From: Lingula anatina
Taxonomy: Eukaryota; Animalia; Brachiopoda
Length of the DNA stretch: 64,000 bases
Reading direction: 5' to 3'
Assembly (NCBI GenBank): GCA_051362555.1
Contig: CM120649.1
Coordinates: 6,572,001 to 6,636,000 of the forward strand
Positions 62,031-64,000 of this stretch are shown one piece after another. The notes under the pieces are model-generated. The model was not told the DNA's origin. It saw only the letters and a program-made list of their open reading frames with translations, and did not search any database. Position 1 is the first letter of the stretch. The number at the start of each line of letters is the position of its first letter. Both the position numbers and the translations under genes were made by a program.

Positions 62031-62855
62031 ATTTTTGGACCGATTAAATCATGATTGATAAGACCGAAGCCATCGGATACTCAATATCACAAGCGGAACA
62101 AAATTTGAGACTTATTTCGCCTTATTCCCAAGATAACAATTGCGCTGTCGTATTCTATGGAGATATGGATACATTCAACGCAAACTGATGACCAAACAAT
62201 TGCCAACTGATTGGTGAAGTTCCCATATGACGCAGCTGAAATGTATACTGGGTATTTGACACACACACAAACAAATCCAAAGAACCGGAAATTTCAAGGT
62301 AGGTAGTGCCATTACGTCCAATAAACAAGCGTTTGACGGTGGGAATTGTCATTCAAGTGACTTCAAAGTCAAAGGGAAATGGAGGAAACATATTGGAAAC
62401 TCGTTTTAGAACGACACCGTTCGTCAAGGTATAAAAGCCACATAGGTATGGTAAAACGAACACTTTACAATGTGACGCTGTCATCAGAATTTAGAGTCGA
62501 GTAAACACGGAATTTCGGTTGTTGCTTCAGCCTTACGAAGAAAGTTTGGATATTCTTTCAAGAAGGAGTCTTGTTAAAAGAAAATACTGGATTTCTAGTT
62601 TGACAGAAATGCTCATTGTGAGTTAAAGGACTACGTAACAAGCGGATACCGTTGGTACATTGGTGATCTGTGTACAGCAAAAGTTTGGTCCATAAAAAAA
62701 AGCCGGTTGTCAAAGCGGACCATGGACCACTTGATGTATTAATCAAAAACAAAGTCTTGAGCAATAACTCTGCTGCAGTCTGAAAAATAAAAAACAATAA
62801 ACAATAAAGGACCGAAAAGCAAAAGGTAAATTCCCCCAGGAAATTATTCTTGACA

Positions 62856-64000
62856 ATGCATAATAATACGAGCACCTGTGCGAGTACAAACATTACAGTG
62901 GCATCTGTTGATGAACATGGCGACCACTTTGCGTTCGCAGTGGACACGGTCTTGACGGGCTGCGTGTGTTTCGTGGGCATCGTGGTCAACATGCTGACGT
63001 TCGCCGTCCTATGGGTGGACCGTCTGCGCTCGTCCACCTTCTACTTTCTCCTCGCCCTTTCTGTCGCCGACACCTTTTACTTAGTTCACGCGCTCCTCTT
63101 CCAGTTCTTCCGGTCAATATACCCAAAGACCGGTCTCCTGCAGGGTTACTTCCGTGCTTGGCCCTACATCGAGCCGTTTGAATATCCGCTCGGCATGATG
63201 GCGCTGACAGCCTCGATTTGGATCATCATGATGGTCGCCGTAGATCGGTATGTCGCCATTGCCCATCCGTTCAAAATTAGCAATTGGAGTACAGCTGGAC
63301 GAAATCGGTTGAAGCTGACGGTGCTCATTTTGGTTGATGTTGTATTTAACTCTCTTTGGTTCTTCCGTCAGAGGACGGAAAAGACGTGGAACGAATGCAC
63401 TCACAGCATGGAAGTGAGGGTAGTTCCTTTTGCAATAGGGTTGCATCAAGGAACGCGCATGGCTCATTCAATTTCTTTCCTCACGTTTGTATATGGCATT
63501 CCTCTACTCGTTTTACTCATTAGCAGTTTCCTCCTCGTTAATACGCTTCGTCAAAATCGGTCAGAGCGGCAGCAGCTCTCTCATTCCTTCCAGTCGATAA
63601 AGATTCGGGAAAGAGAGGGAAGAATCACCGCCATGTTGATCGTGATCGTAATACTCTATCTCCTTTGCCAGACCCCGGTGTTCGTGAACCACATTTTGTA
63701 CGCACAGGAGGGACGCGTGGACTTGGGACCTAATCATAGGTACTACAACATCATCACCAACTTCCTAGTCGCCTTTAACTCCGCCTTCAACTTCTTCGTG
63801 TACTACATCTTCGTTCGGGGGTTCAGAAAACGGTCCAAGGATGTCCTGTGCTGCTGCTGCCATGGAAACGGACCGATGACGTCAGCAAGCACACTGCAAA
63901 GGTCGACCGTGATGTCGTACAGTGTGATGACGGTGGATTCTAGGTGTGCATGTACGAGCGTTATGGAATTGACAGACGTTGCCGGGGAAACCAGCATGAA
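62856..64000 (+). CDS. Rhodopsin-class GPCR, FMRFamide-receptor-like; at least 381 aa with the stop beyond the window (absent from the ORF track)
   Basis: Open frame from MHNNTSTC: GIVVNMLTF (TM1), STFYFLLALSVAD (TM2), VAVDRYVAIAHP (TM3), YGIP (TM5), LCQTP (TM6), FNSAFNFFVY (TM7), FRKR and a CCCC tail. Confidence 0.93.
   Translation, partial: MHNNTSTCASTNITVASVDEHGDHFAFAVDTVLTGCVCFVGIVVNMLTFAVLWVDRLRSSTFYFLLALSVADTFYLVHALLFQFFRSIYPKTGLLQGYFRAWPYIEPFEYPLGMMALTASIWIIMMVAVDRYVAIAHPFKISNWSTAGRNRLKLTVLILVDVVFNSLWFFRQRTEKTWNECTHSMEVRVVPFAIGLHQGTRMAHSISFLTFVYGIPLLVLLISSFLLVNTLRQNRSERQQLSHSFQSIKIREREGRITAMLIVIVILYLLCQTPVFVNHILYAQEGRVDLGPNHRYYNIITNFLVAFNSAFNFFVYYIFVRGFRKRSKDVLCCCCHGNGPMTSASTLQRSTVMSYSVMTVDSRCACTSVMELTDVAGETSM

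Overview
AT-rich, intron-containing animal genomic DNA. It is probably from an invertebrate, and I infer a lophotrochozoan such as a mollusc, though the taxon is not proven. I built the gene models by hand from GT-AG sites and frame continuity. (1) A tandem cluster of four divergent TNF-superfamily ligand genes on the + strand (286-35843), plus an orphan signal-peptide/furin-site exon that may be an alternative first exon. (2) A full-length, apparently intact L1/Tx1-like LINE with a perfect 16-bp target-site duplication (TSD), about 350 bp upstream of the fourth TNF gene. (3) The main surprise, absent from the ORF track: a two-coding-exon gene on the - strand (39384-40292) encoding a 123-aa Norrin (NDP)-like cystine-knot protein. 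It keeps all 11 Norrin cysteines and the human intron position, and its intron carries a hammerhead-ribozyme-like motif. (4) Two tandem-duplicated FMRFamide-receptor-like GPCRs, a third GPCR running off the window end, and a possible decayed GPCR. (5) A five-exon TSSK-like kinase with the catalytic Lys and Asn replaced, so a predicted pseudokinase. (6) Many MITE/foldback elements, minisatellites and microsatellites. Comparisons to known proteins come from memory; no database search was run.
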